NCBI GenBank assembly: GCA_046537845.1
Contig: JBKHKA010000001.1
Span: 84,317 to 148,316, forward strand
DNA length: 64,000 nucleotides
Origin: Candidatus Aenigmatarchaeota archaeon
Lineage (GTDB): Archaea; Thermoplasmatota; Thermoplasmata; Halarchaeoplasmatales; Halarchaeoplasmataceae
Reading direction: 5' to 3'
The translations under genes were made by a program, and so were the position numbers. How positions within the stretch are numbered: the stretch's first letter is position 1; each line of letters starts with the position of its first letter. The notes below the pieces were generated by a model, which saw nothing but the letters and a program-made list of their open reading frames with translations, ran no database searches and was not told the origin of the DNA. Shown one piece after another: positions 37,632-49,388 of this stretch.

Positions 37632-38261
37632 TCACTCCAGTTCTCCCATCAGCTCCTCCATCTTCTCTCTCAACCTTTCGTTCCGCATGGAGTTAGTTAT
37701 ATCGCCTCTGGTCTTCTCCACCAAGTTCCTAGCCATGTCCTGCTTGTTCTTTATTGGAAGTAAAGCGTTGGGATATTCGAAATCCATCAGCATGTTCTTG
37801 ATCTCTTCCATCATCCCGTGTAACTCTCTAGCCTTTTCTATATTGCCTTCGGCAAGCTCGTCCAAAACCATCCTTCTGAGTTCACCGACCACGTCCGCTA
37901 GACCCAGCACGTAAGAGCTCGGAGTTATATCCAGTCCTTCAGGTGATTTGGGGGCCTCCCCTTTACTTATAGACCACAATATATGGGCTTCGGCGAACTC
38001 CTGGAATCCGTTCCTCAAAAATCCAGCGTGGTAGAGATCGGGATGTTCGTCGATGATGCTTTTTATCTTGGAGACCTCTTCCATCGCTTCCTGTAATCTT
38101 TCCTGACAATCTTCTCCTCGGTGCAGGTCCTGTATCACGTTCTTGGATATCCTCCTTATGGCTCTGGAAGACTTCATCACCAGCTCTCGAACCGTATCCT
38201 TGTCCTCCAACTGCCCATCTATACCTTCAATTATCTCTTTAAGGCTGTCTATTTCACTCAT
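37632..38261 (-). CDS. Translin-family protein
   Basis: 209 aa, all-helical. ..SYVLGLADVVGELRRMVLD.. resembles the translin/TRAX signature (LGLADLTGELMR). Start shares 1 nt with the purD stop (TGATG). Confidence 0.65.
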   Translation of the reverse strand: MSEIDSLKEIIEGIDGQLEDKDTVRELVMKSSRAIRRISKNVIQDLHRGEDCQERLQEAMEEVSKIKSIIDEHPDLYHAGFLRNGFQEFAEAHILWSISKGEAPKSPEGLDITPSSYVLGLADVVGELRRMVLDELAEGNIEKARELHGMMEEIKNMLMDFEYPNALLPIKNKQDMARNLVEKTRGDITNSMRNERLREKMEELMGELE

Positions 38262-39592
38262 CAGTTCTCTCCCCTGATCTTTTTCATGTTGTTCAACTTC
38301 CGCTGTATGCTTTCGGGTTTGCCTATATCGTGTCTCATCTGTATCTTATCGCCTTTCACGTGGTCAAGGGCTCTTTCGCTGACCGCTTCCGCATCTTCTA
38401 ATATCTCCGAGTAACCTACCACGGCTAAAGACCGCGAAGTGGTGGTGTAGATCTCACCGTCTTTTTCGTCAACGGAAGCATAAAAGAGTTTAGCGCCTTC
38501 TTTCTCTATCGCTTCCTCATCCACTCCCACTTTGTTCCCTCCTTCGGGATCTATCCCGTAGCCTTCGGGTACCACGTACTTGCAGACGCTGGACTTCTTT
38601 TCGAAGGATACATCCAAGCCGGCGATATCGCCTTCGGCTATCTTCTCACAGAGTTCGACGTAATCAGACTTCAAAAGCGGTAAAACGTTCATGGCCTCTG
38701 GGTCACCCCATCGGCAGTTGAATTCCACTATCTTGGGCCCATCGGCGGTGAGCATGAACTGCCCGTAAAGCACTCCCTTGTAAGGCCTTCCGTCTTCCTT
38801 CATCGCATTCAATGTCTCTCTGATTATATCCACGCTCTCGTCGTAAACCGACCGGTCCAAGAACGGCAGAAGTCCGTCGGCCTGTGAGTAAGAACCCATG
38901 CCGCCCGTGTTCGGCCCTTCATCGCCCTCGAACAGTCGTTTGTGATCTTGGACCAGGGGCATAGGGATTATGTTTTCACCGTCGGTGAAAACTTGAAGGG
39001 TATATTCTTCTCCTTTGAGCCTTTCCTCCAATACTACCCTAGATTTGCCGCCTATCTCTTCTTCTAGAACCTTCTCGCAGTAATCTATGACCTCTTTTTT
39101 GTCTTCCAGGTGCTCTCCCATCACTTTCACACCTTTTCCTCCCGTAAGGCCCACTGGTTTAACAGCCAATTCTCCCTCGTAATGGGCTAGAAAATCTTCG
39201 ATACCCTCTATATCGTCGAACACTTCATATTCCACTCTCCCGGGCAGATCATATCGGGCCTGAAGGTCCCTCATGAATTCTTTAGATGTCTCTATCTCCG
39301 CCGCTTTTTTATCCGGGCTGGCACATTTGATGCCTTTCTCTTCCAAAGCATCGACTATTCCCTTTCCGAGCGGAGCCTCGGGGCCTATCACGGCTATCTC
39401 TACTCCTTTATCTTCGGCCCATCCGACCACCTTTTCTATCTCTGAGCCGCTTTCGAGAAGGTATTCTTCTGCTAACCTTGCTATACCAGGATTCTTGTTA
39501 CCCATAGCTGCATAAATCTCAGCTCCGTCCTCGGCTAAAGCTCTGACCATCGTGTGTTCTCGCGCTCCTCCGCCTACAGTGAGTACTTTCAT
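38261..39592 (-). CDS. purD: Phosphoribosylamine--glycine ligase
   Basis: 443 aa. MKVLTVGGGAREHTM.., ATP-grasp core ..GKGV.V.., ..FNCRWGDPE... Confidence 0.95.
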   Translation of the reverse strand: MKVLTVGGGAREHTMVRALAEDGAEIYAAMGNKNPGIARLAEEYLLESGSEIEKVVGWAEDKGVEIAVIGPEAPLGKGIVDALEEKGIKCASPDKKAAEIETSKEFMRDLQARYDLPGRVEYEVFDDIEGIEDFLAHYEGELAVKPVGLTGGKGVKVMGEHLEDKKEVIDYCEKVLEEEIGGKSRVVLEERLKGEEYTLQVFTDGENIIPMPLVQDHKRLFEGDEGPNTGGMGSYSQADGLLPFLDRSVYDESVDIIRETLNAMKEDGRPYKGVLYGQFMLTADGPKIVEFNCRWGDPEAMNVLPLLKSDYVELCEKIAEGDIAGLDVSFEKKSSVCKYVVPEGYGIDPEGGNKVGVDEEAIEKEGAKLFYASVDEKDGEIYTTTSRSLAVVGYSEILEDAEAVSERALDHVKGDKIQMRHDIGKPESIQRKLNNMKKIRGEN

Positions 39593-39673
39593 GTTATCGA
39601 ATCCGCTAAATGATTTATGGAATATAAGGTTTATTTTCAGGAGATGTAAAGAATCGGTCTTTACTCAGAAATT

Positions 39674-40303
39674 TCATTCTGATTCAAGGTACTTCTTCGT
39701 CTTATTTTTCAGCCTGATACAGTCTTTTCCGACGTCGATTATCTCATCGGCTTCGATATAGATGGTCTTTTTGTTCACGTCTATATGTGTAGGGATGGGT
39801 TCCTCTTCAAAAGATGCCGGAGGAAGACTTATGCTCATATCTTCAAAAGAGACCATGGGGACGGAATATGTATCCATCTTATCCTCGCCGTTCCGGGTCT
39901 GGATCAAGCTAGTGACCAACTTGATATATTCCAGAGAGCCGTCTTTGCCTCTTTGGGCTTCTTCAACCCTGCCTATCTCCATACCTTCTATGTCCAAAAC
40001 CCTCGTACCGACCAAATTCTTGGCCGGGGTTATCCACAAATGGATAGAGTCTCTAGCTATCTTTTCAACGTACTTGAGATTGATCCGCAGGTATTTTCCA
40101 AAAAACCCTTTGTGTATGATCAGCCTTGTTGGATTCAAAGTGGTCTGATTCACCTCTATATCGCTTACCCGTCCCATCTCCTCCCCGTCGGCATCGTAAA
40201 CTTTTGTTCCTCTCAGATTGTTAAAGGTGGTCCTGCCGTCGGCCGATGAATCTCCTTTCTCTACCCTATCCTCTTTTGATCCTTCCTTTTCCGCCATTCC
40301 CAT
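39674..40303 (-). CDS. PRC-barrel domain protein (two PRC-like modules)
   Basis: ..LRGTKVYDADGEEMGRVSDIEV.. and ..LVGTRVLDIEGMEIGRVEEAQ.. are PRC-barrel signatures. Start moved to ATG 40303 (MGMAEKEG..) because the ORF-track start 40477 overlaps the divergent gene by 90 nt. Confidence 0.6.
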   Translation of the reverse strand: MGMAEKEGSKEDRVEKGDSSADGRTTFNNLRGTKVYDADGEEMGRVSDIEVNQTTLNPTRLIIHKGFFGKYLRINLKYVEKIARDSIHLWITPAKNLVGTRVLDIEGMEIGRVEEAQRGKDGSLEYIKLVTSLIQTRNGEDKMDTYSVPMVSFEDMSISLPPASFEEEPIPTHIDVNKKTIYIEADEIIDVGKDCIRLKNKTKKYLESE

Positions 40304-40386
40304 CAAATCATAGAAGGGGGAAAGATATACTTTAGTTTTGCCCCACGATTCAGACCGATATCTATTTATCGATTCCACCTCATCCC

Positions 40387-41205
40387 ATGAATATGAATCA
40401 CGAAAAGGGGATCGAAGCTCTGGACAAAGGTAGTGTGAGCGACATAATATGTTGTCCCGGCGGGGTGGAAGTGACAAGAAACGATCTGAAAGGACCTTTA
40501 GAGAACACGTTAAAATGGCGCGAAGACATGATGGAAAAAGGCATGGAAGGTTTTGTAGAGTATGAAAAAGGTGAGGCCGTAGGATTCGTTGAATACATGC
40601 CTGCAGAAAACGTACCTCTTCCCGTCATCGCTCCAGGGGCTGCGGTGCTGATGTGCTTTCACTGGGTCAAGCCGTCTATGAGCGACGAGGAGCACCTGAA
40701 GTCCGAGAGGGAACTGGTTGAAAGGGTCATCGAAGCGACTTCGGAAAGCTTTACCGGGCTTGCGGCTTTAGCGTGGGACCACCCAACTCATTTCTCTCTA
40801 GAGATGATGAAAGATATGGGTTTTCAGGAGATAGAAAAGGATGATTGCATCAGCCTGGTATGGTATCCACACGAGGAGACAGAGCCCCCTAAGATGATGG
40901 AACCGTCCTTTCAGCCCAGAGACATTTCCAACGAAGGTCTGCTTGCTATAGATCAGGCGTTCAGTAATCGATGCCCCTTCAGCATCCACAGTTCCCGCAG
41001 GTTCAAAAGATGGATCGAAGAATTGGATGAGCAGCGTATTCAGCACGAACTGTTCACTATAGATACGAGGGAAAAAACCAAGCAGTATTCTATCTCACCC
41101 TGGGGATGGGAATGGCTCTTTTTGAACGGAGAAAAGATAGAGACATTTCGGTTGAAGAAAGACGACCTTGTAGAAGCGATCGAGAACGAGTTGGACCGAC
41201 TTTGA
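40387..41205 (+). CDS. Uncharacterised protein; possible GNAT-like N-terminal domain plus YoaP-like C-terminal domain
   Basis: 272 aa. The C-terminal ..NRCPFS...W...L......ELFTIDTREKTKQYSISPWGWEWLFLNGEKI.. resembles the YoaP-like domain (from memory). The N-terminal assignment is weak. Confidence 0.4.
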   Translation: MNMNHEKGIEALDKGSVSDIICCPGGVEVTRNDLKGPLENTLKWREDMMEKGMEGFVEYEKGEAVGFVEYMPAENVPLPVIAPGAAVLMCFHWVKPSMSDEEHLKSERELVERVIEATSESFTGLAALAWDHPTHFSLEMMKDMGFQEIEKDDCISLVWYPHEETEPPKMMEPSFQPRDISNEGLLAIDQAFSNRCPFSIHSSRRFKRWIEELDEQRIQHELFTIDTREKTKQYSISPWGWEWLFLNGEKIETFRLKKDDLVEAIENELDRL

Positions 41206-41275
41206 AAAAATATCAGATTAGAAAAAAGAGGCACACCAAAAATATTAATAACCCTTCCGGCCGATTCCATAATCC

Positions 41276-42610
41276 ATGGCTCTAGAAAATCTCAAAGAAG
41301 GACTGAGAAGTGCAGTCGATAAGATAACCAAAGCCAGCCACGTGGATGAGAACCTGGTGAAAGAAGTCGCCAAAGATATCCAAAGAGCTATGATCGAGGC
41401 CGATATAGAGGTGCAGTTGGCTCTCGAATTGACCGATAAGATAAAGGAAAGAGCTCTGGAGGAAAAACCCGCTGGAGGGGTGAGCGCAAGAGAACATCTC
41501 ATCCGTATAATCCACGATGAATTCGTCAAGATAATGGGAGATGGGACGGAATTAGAACTCAAACCACAGGTCATAATGATGGTGGGCCTTTACGGTATGG
41601 GTAAGACGACCACCTGTGGTAAGTTAGCGGCTCATTTTCAAAAAAGGGGGCTAAACACCGCTTTGATAGCTGGAGACACTCACAGACCCGCTGCTTACGA
41701 CCAGTTGGAACAGGTGGCCGAAGACGCGGGTGTACCGATCTATGGAGACCCCGATGAAGAGAAGGCCCCAAAGGTCGTGAGGAGGGGTATGAAAAAGTTC
41801 GATAACTACGATGTGGTCATAATAGACACCGCAGGAAGACACTCCCTTGAAGACGACCTTATAAAAGAGATAAAGCTCATAAAAAATATCGCGGACCCGG
41901 ACGAAGTGATTTTGACCGTGGACGCCTCGATAGGACAGCAGGCGGGACCTCAAGCTAAAGCTTTCCACGACGCCGTAGGAGTTACGAAGACCATAATAAC
42001 CAAAATGGACGGCTCGGCGAAGGGCGGAGGGGCCCTGAGCGCCGTGGCAGAAACCAACGCGCCCGTAGCTTTCATAGGTACCGGTGAGAGGATTCGCGAT
42101 CTAGAGGAATTCGATCCCAAGGGCTTCACTTCCAGATTGCTCGGCATGGGTGACATAGAGAAGCTGCTGGAGAAGGCGGAAGAAGTTGTAGATGAGGAGA
42201 AAGCGGAAGAGACCGCCAAGAAGATGCTAGCGGGTGAGTTCGACCTTAAGGACATGTACGAGCAGATGGAGATGTTGACCAGTGTAGGCCCTCTTCAGAA
42301 GATAGTCGATATGCTCCCCATGGGGCCCAGCAGCATCTCCGAAGACGAGATCATGTCCACTCAGGCGAAGCTGGACGAATTCAGGATAATAATGGACAGC
42401 ATGACAGAAGAGGAGATGGAAAATCCAAAGAAGATAAAAGGTGACCGTATACGAAGGATAGCCAAAGGTTGCGGCAGGAGGCCGAGAGACATCCGAGAAC
42501 TCCTCTCACACTACAAGAAAACTAAAAAGGCGATAAAGGGATTCTCCGGCAATCGAAAGATGAGGAAGCAGATCCAAAAGCAGATCGAGTCCGGAAACCT
42601 GAACTTCTAA
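41276..42610 (+). CDS. srp54: Signal recognition particle protein SRP54
   Basis: 444 aa. N domain, G domain GLYGMGKTTT / DTAGRH / TKMDG, Met-rich M domain. Confidence 0.95.
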   Translation: MALENLKEGLRSAVDKITKASHVDENLVKEVAKDIQRAMIEADIEVQLALELTDKIKERALEEKPAGGVSAREHLIRIIHDEFVKIMGDGTELELKPQVIMMVGLYGMGKTTTCGKLAAHFQKRGLNTALIAGDTHRPAAYDQLEQVAEDAGVPIYGDPDEEKAPKVVRRGMKKFDNYDVVIIDTAGRHSLEDDLIKEIKLIKNIADPDEVILTVDASIGQQAGPQAKAFHDAVGVTKTIITKMDGSAKGGGALSAVAETNAPVAFIGTGERIRDLEEFDPKGFTSRLLGMGDIEKLLEKAEEVVDEEKAEETAKKMLAGEFDLKDMYEQMEMLTSVGPLQKIVDMLPMGPSSISEDEIMSTQAKLDEFRIIMDSMTEEEMENPKKIKGDRIRRIAKGCGRRPRDIRELLSHYKKTKKAIKGFSGNRKMRKQIQKQIESGNLNF

Positions 42611-42636
42611 GGGGTCTAACTCTTTCCGCACTCTTT

Positions 42637-43779
42637 TCATTCACAATCTCTTACCAAAAATTCATCGAGCATATCTTCCGCTTTCTCTCTACGCTCCTGG
42701 TGTTCGGATAAAAATCCCTTGATGTTCTCTTTCAATATCTGTTTACATTCACCACACAGTATATCTCCCTCTCTGCATCTCTCCGCTATATCCTCCACTT
42801 TTTGGTCATCTGATTCGAATATATAATACCTATAATTCTGTACCGAACATATGTCGGGATCGCCTCCTTTTTCTCTTTGCTCTGAAGCGGATATCCTGCC
42901 GCCGGTGAAGGCCTCGTTTATCTTCTCGTCCACGTCTTTCGGTTTATCTGTGGTGAATATCGTTGTCTTCGGCTGACTCGCGGACATCTTACCCGTACCG
43001 TCTAGAGAAGGCGCCAATTTGTTGTGGAGCAGCGCCGGCTTGAGATAACCTATAGTTTCGGCGATGTCTCGGGTCAGCCTAAAATGTGGATCCTGGTCGA
43101 TACCGCAGGGGATCAAGACTGGCACATCTCCACCTTCAATTTCTGAGGGTAAAAAACAAGGTGCCGATTGGATCGCGGTGTAAAATATGCTTCCAACATT
43201 GGTCGAATTGTCGAACCCGAAGACCGCCTTCACGTTGGAGAAATTCAATCTCTTACCCACTTTCAGAGCAAGAGGGTACAGCTCATGTATATATTCAGTG
43301 TCGATGAATATGTGAGTTTTTTCGGGATCGAAACCGAGAGCGATTATATCCTTAGCGTTCTCTAATGCGTAAGAATGGGTCTCTTCCAAAGTGCTGTCAA
43401 AGTTGAACAGGAACTTCTCATCGTCAGTAAGCTGAAAGTACATGTCGACGTCGAACTTGTCCTGCATCCATTTAGCAAATATCCATGGCATGAGGTGACC
43501 AACGTGGGTATGACCGGAAGGACCTCTGCCGGTATAGAGGGCAAATCTGTTTCCTTTCTCGTATTCATCGAGGATCCTGTTCATATCTCTGTGAGAATAG
43601 AATATCCCTCTTCTCAGCATGAAATGCGTATCTCCAACCACCTCTTCTATCCTGTCCAAAAGTTCTTCATCCACGCTTTCCGTGCCGAAATCCTCTATCA
43701 GCTTTTCATAGTCTATATCGCCTTTGACTTCCCAGGGCGTGACTGTAAATCCTTCTTCAGATGACTCGTTTTCCTGCAT
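42637..43779 (-). CDS. trpS: Tryptophanyl-tRNA synthetase (archaeal/eukaryotic type)
   Basis: ..LYTGRGPSGHTHVGHLMPW.. (HIGH-like) and KMSASQP (KMSKS-like). Start taken at ATG 43779 (MQENESS..), because the ORF-track start 43857 overlaps the divergent gene. C-terminal Cys4 motif (see findings). Confidence 0.9.
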   Translation of the reverse strand: MQENESSEEGFTVTPWEVKGDIDYEKLIEDFGTESVDEELLDRIEEVVGDTHFMLRRGIFYSHRDMNRILDEYEKGNRFALYTGRGPSGHTHVGHLMPWIFAKWMQDKFDVDMYFQLTDDEKFLFNFDSTLEETHSYALENAKDIIALGFDPEKTHIFIDTEYIHELYPLALKVGKRLNFSNVKAVFGFDNSTNVGSIFYTAIQSAPCFLPSEIEGGDVPVLIPCGIDQDPHFRLTRDIAETIGYLKPALLHNKLAPSLDGTGKMSASQPKTTIFTTDKPKDVDEKINEAFTGGRISASEQREKGGDPDICSVQNYRYYIFESDDQKVEDIAERCREGDILCGECKQILKENIKGFLSEHQERREKAEDMLDEFLVRDCE

Positions 43780-43892
43780 ATTGCTCCCTTTCCCATAATC
43801 CACGTTCTTAAATAATATTTTCCATCGTTCCACTTTCGATGACCCCTCTCTTTTCAAAATATAAATACTATATCATTATTTCTCAAGCGGTC

Positions 43893-44294
43893 ATGAAGAA
43901 AAGAGCTCACATGATCGGAGCGATCATCTTCGCCGTGCTAGCCTATTACATGTGGCATTTTCTTCACCGGGCATTATTCATACCCCCTGATCCTTCATTA
44001 CACTCTACACTGACATCTATACTTTCGATGGAGGTGTTCCTGTTCTTCATAATGATCTTCTCTTCTATGTTCGGGGGCACCCTACCGGATATCTTGGACC
44101 CGCCTTTCACCAGCCATCACAGAGCCTTTGCTCACAGCAAAGCTTTATTGTTGGTATTCACCCTTGCCTGGTTGATAGCACTCTATGTCCTCCTAGTAGG
44201 AAGGTCCACGATGATCTGGGGGCTCTATTTCTTTCTATCAGGGTATATCTCCCATCTACTGATGGATTCACGAACTCCCGCCGGCCTTCAGTGA
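43893..44294 (+). CDS. Membrane-bound metal-dependent hydrolase, DUF457 (YdjM-like)
   Basis: From MKKRAHMIGAIIFAV..: ..LPDILDPPFTSHHRAFAHS.. and ..GYISHLLMDSRTPAGL fit DUF457. Confidence 0.65.
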   Translation: MKKRAHMIGAIIFAVLAYYMWHFLHRALFIPPDPSLHSTLTSILSMEVFLFFIMIFSSMFGGTLPDILDPPFTSHHRAFAHSKALLLVFTLAWLIALYVLLVGRSTMIWGLYFFLSGYISHLLMDSRTPAGLQ

Positions 44295-44407
44295 TCTTTG
44301 TTAAATTGGGTATTAGCTTCTATCATACAGACTGAAGAGAGTACCATCTGATCTATAGTGTTTTAACTCGAGTAGATAAAAAATATGGAAAAAGATGCAA
44401 AATCCAC

Positions 44408-44425
44408 ACGCAGACCTGTCAAATG

Positions 44426-44439
<14 letters not shown>
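44408..44439 (-). other. 3' strand of the pre-23S processing stem / helix 1
   Basis: 44408-44418 is perfectly complementary (11 bp) to 47403-47413. 44426-44439 pairs with 47382-47395 (14 bp, one G-U). Confidence 0.55.
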
Positions 44440-47381
<2,942 letters not shown>

Positions 47382-47395
<14 letters not shown>

Positions 47396-47413
47396 ACACA
47401 TCCAGGTCTGCGT
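47382..47413 (-). other. 5' strand of the pre-23S processing stem / helix 1
   Basis: Complement of 44408-44439, as described for the 3' strand. Confidence 0.55.
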
Positions 47414-47807
47414 ATGATCGGTAATCATCGGATCGTTACGATCCTATACCCTTCCTCGACAACCATTTTTCATGTCGCCGAGTGCATCTCTCTAATGCAT
47501 CTATACATTACGTAGTCGGGGGTATTTTAAAGTTACTTCCCCCGTTAGCTCTCAAGTGTTCAGTTAAATTTTTCATGCCGGTAAAACTTGATCCCGACAC
47601 GGGGAAAAGATGTAGAAAGGTACCCCCTATAAAAGGATTTTGGACCTGCCTGGCATATAATTACTGACCGATATTAATCCCGGGTTGATTTGATACCAAA
47701 CCGAAAATAATTATAGGTGTTCAGAATCGAAGGTAAATTATAAGAGTGAGTTGTTAGATAAAAGATTAGACGTGTTTGTCTGACATAAGTCCGACAACGG
47801 TGCGACC

Positions 47808-48638
47808 ATGAAAAAGATACCTACAGGCGTCAGCGATCTAGATGCTATCATCCATGGAGGTGTGCCCGCCGGTTCCGTGGTGCTTCTTTTCACCGAGATA
47901 GGAGCCGGTGGACTAGAGTATGTTTATACTTCGGCCGCGAAGATATTGAGGTCGAAAGAGAGCCCTGACGATATATCTTCGATCCTAGGTGACGAATGTA
48001 AAGGTTCTACGCTCCCTGAAGAAGTACATTATATCACTTTTTCCCGGGCCAAAAAAGATATCTTAGAGGAGGTCAAAACTTCCTTCGATCAGCATTACTA
48101 CGACACCATCGAGAAGGGTGTGGATTTCAGAGACCTTTCCAGCCAATACTTCCAAAGGACCATGGTTCCGCCCGGATGGTCGGGTGGAGACGGAACAGGT
48201 CTATTTTCGGACAGTTCGGACACGGACCTTTTAGAGGCCTTGGTACACTTCCTAGAAGAGAACGCAGAAGATAACGTGGTGATCATAGACTCTCTGACGG
48301 ACCTGCTGACGAATTCTTCCATAGACAACGATAAATTAGTAACGATAATAAAGGGGATGAGAAGAGCTTCGAGAAAGTGGGGCGGTGTTGTTTACCTGCT
48401 GCTCTCCAAAGATATCGTAGAAAGGAGCTTAGAATACCATATAATCGACAGTGTGGACGGCGTGTTCACCTTCAGATGGTCGGAGAACAAACGTGTCTCG
48501 AAGAGGCAGAGATACTTGGTAGTGGACAAATTCATGAGCGTCTTACCGCACCTTAAACGGGAAAAGATAGCAAGATTCACCGCAGAAGTTACGGATTATG
48601 AAGGTTATGTAGTCGTCAATTATGAGAGGATAATTTGA
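47808..48638 (+). CDS. KaiC/RecA-superfamily ATPase-like protein with a degenerate Walker A motif
   Basis: 276 aa. The N-terminus IPTGVSDLDAIIHGGVPAGSVVLL aligns with KaiC-like proteins, but the P-loop position reads FTEIGAGGLEY (no GK[ST]). A Walker-B-like VVIIDSLTDLL is retained. Confidence 0.6.
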   Translation: MKKIPTGVSDLDAIIHGGVPAGSVVLLFTEIGAGGLEYVYTSAAKILRSKESPDDISSILGDECKGSTLPEEVHYITFSRAKKDILEEVKTSFDQHYYDTIEKGVDFRDLSSQYFQRTMVPPGWSGGDGTGLFSDSSDTDLLEALVHFLEENAEDNVVIIDSLTDLLTNSSIDNDKLVTIIKGMRRASRKWGGVVYLLLSKDIVERSLEYHIIDSVDGVFTFRWSENKRVSKRQRYLVVDKFMSVLPHLKREKIARFTAEVTDYEGYVVVNYERII

Positions 48639-48653
48639 TGATCAAAAGGTGAT

Positions 48654-49364
48654 ATGATGGGGAAAAAAGATATAGAGAAAATAAGAACCGGTATAACTGG
48701 ATTGGATGAGATGTTGAACGGCGGCGTGCCGAAAGGTCATGTTTTTACGGTGATGGGGGCCTTCGGCACGGGGAAAACGACATTTTCTCTTCAGTATATA
48801 TGGGAAGGCCTGAAGCAGGGCGAATCAGGGATATTCATAACTTTAGAGGAAGATAAAGATGCCATGATCGAAACCGGGCTTTCCTATGGTTGGGATTTTC
48901 GAGATTATATAGATCAGAACAAATTGGCGGTGGAAAAATTGACGCCAGCTGACGCCGAAGCCACCATAAAACGGATAAAAAGTGATCTACCTCAATTCAT
49001 AAAGAACTTTGAGGCCGAAAGGATCGCCATCGATTCCGTATCTCTTATGAACATGATGGCCGAGAACCCTCAAAAAAAGAGGGATCAGCTTTTCGCATTG
49101 AGCAAGATGATCAAGGATACTGGTGCCACAGCACTGCTCACTGCAGAGGTGAAGGACGACAACCCCGAAAGCTCACGAGACGGGCTCATAGAGTACACCG
49201 CCGACGGTGTGATATTGTTGAGATACAACCAGACCAACTCCGAAGATGTCCAGTTGAGTATACAGGTCAAAAAGATGAGGCGCATCGAACATTCAAGGAA
49301 GATAAAACCCTTCGACATAACCGATGAGGGAATAAAAGTGCATATGGAAGGCGCGATATTCTAA
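48654..49364 (+). CDS. KaiC-like (RecA-superfamily) ATPase, single domain
   Basis: 236 aa. IRTGITGLDEMLNGGVPKGHVFTVMGAFGTGKTTFSLQY (intact Walker A), ..GIFITLEE.., Walker B RIAIDSVS. Confidence 0.8.
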   Translation: MMGKKDIEKIRTGITGLDEMLNGGVPKGHVFTVMGAFGTGKTTFSLQYIWEGLKQGESGIFITLEEDKDAMIETGLSYGWDFRDYIDQNKLAVEKLTPADAEATIKRIKSDLPQFIKNFEAERIAIDSVSLMNMMAENPQKKRDQLFALSKMIKDTGATALLTAEVKDDNPESSRDGLIEYTADGVILLRYNQTNSEDVQLSIQVKKMRRIEHSRKIKPFDITDEGIKVHMEGAIF

Positions 49365-49388
49365 TCTCTAAAAAAAGGATGGATCATC

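Noticed and set aside
39674-40477. Long form (267 aa) of the PRC-barrel gene
   Set aside because: Its first 58 codons overlap the divergent gene 40387-41205 and are non-homologous (Cys/Arg/Ser-rich). The internal ATG 40303 gives a clean divergent arrangement.
44419-44425. Bulge-helix-bulge splice/processing motif in the 23S flanking stem
   Set aside because: The 7+7-nt loop (GAUGUGU opposite CAUUUGA) cannot form the required central 4-bp helix with two 3-nt bulges. I report only the helices.
47430-47807. Hidden 16S/5S rRNA, tRNA or small RNA in the long spacer upstream of the 23S gene
   Set aside because: I could not fold a cloverleaf, and there are no conserved 5S or 16S blocks. I found only short hairpins (GGATCG-TTA-CGATCC at 47430-47444 and CGGGGG-N16-CCCCCG at ~47517-47545) and TATA-like AT-rich boxes. 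These are most simply read as rRNA leader and promoter sequence.
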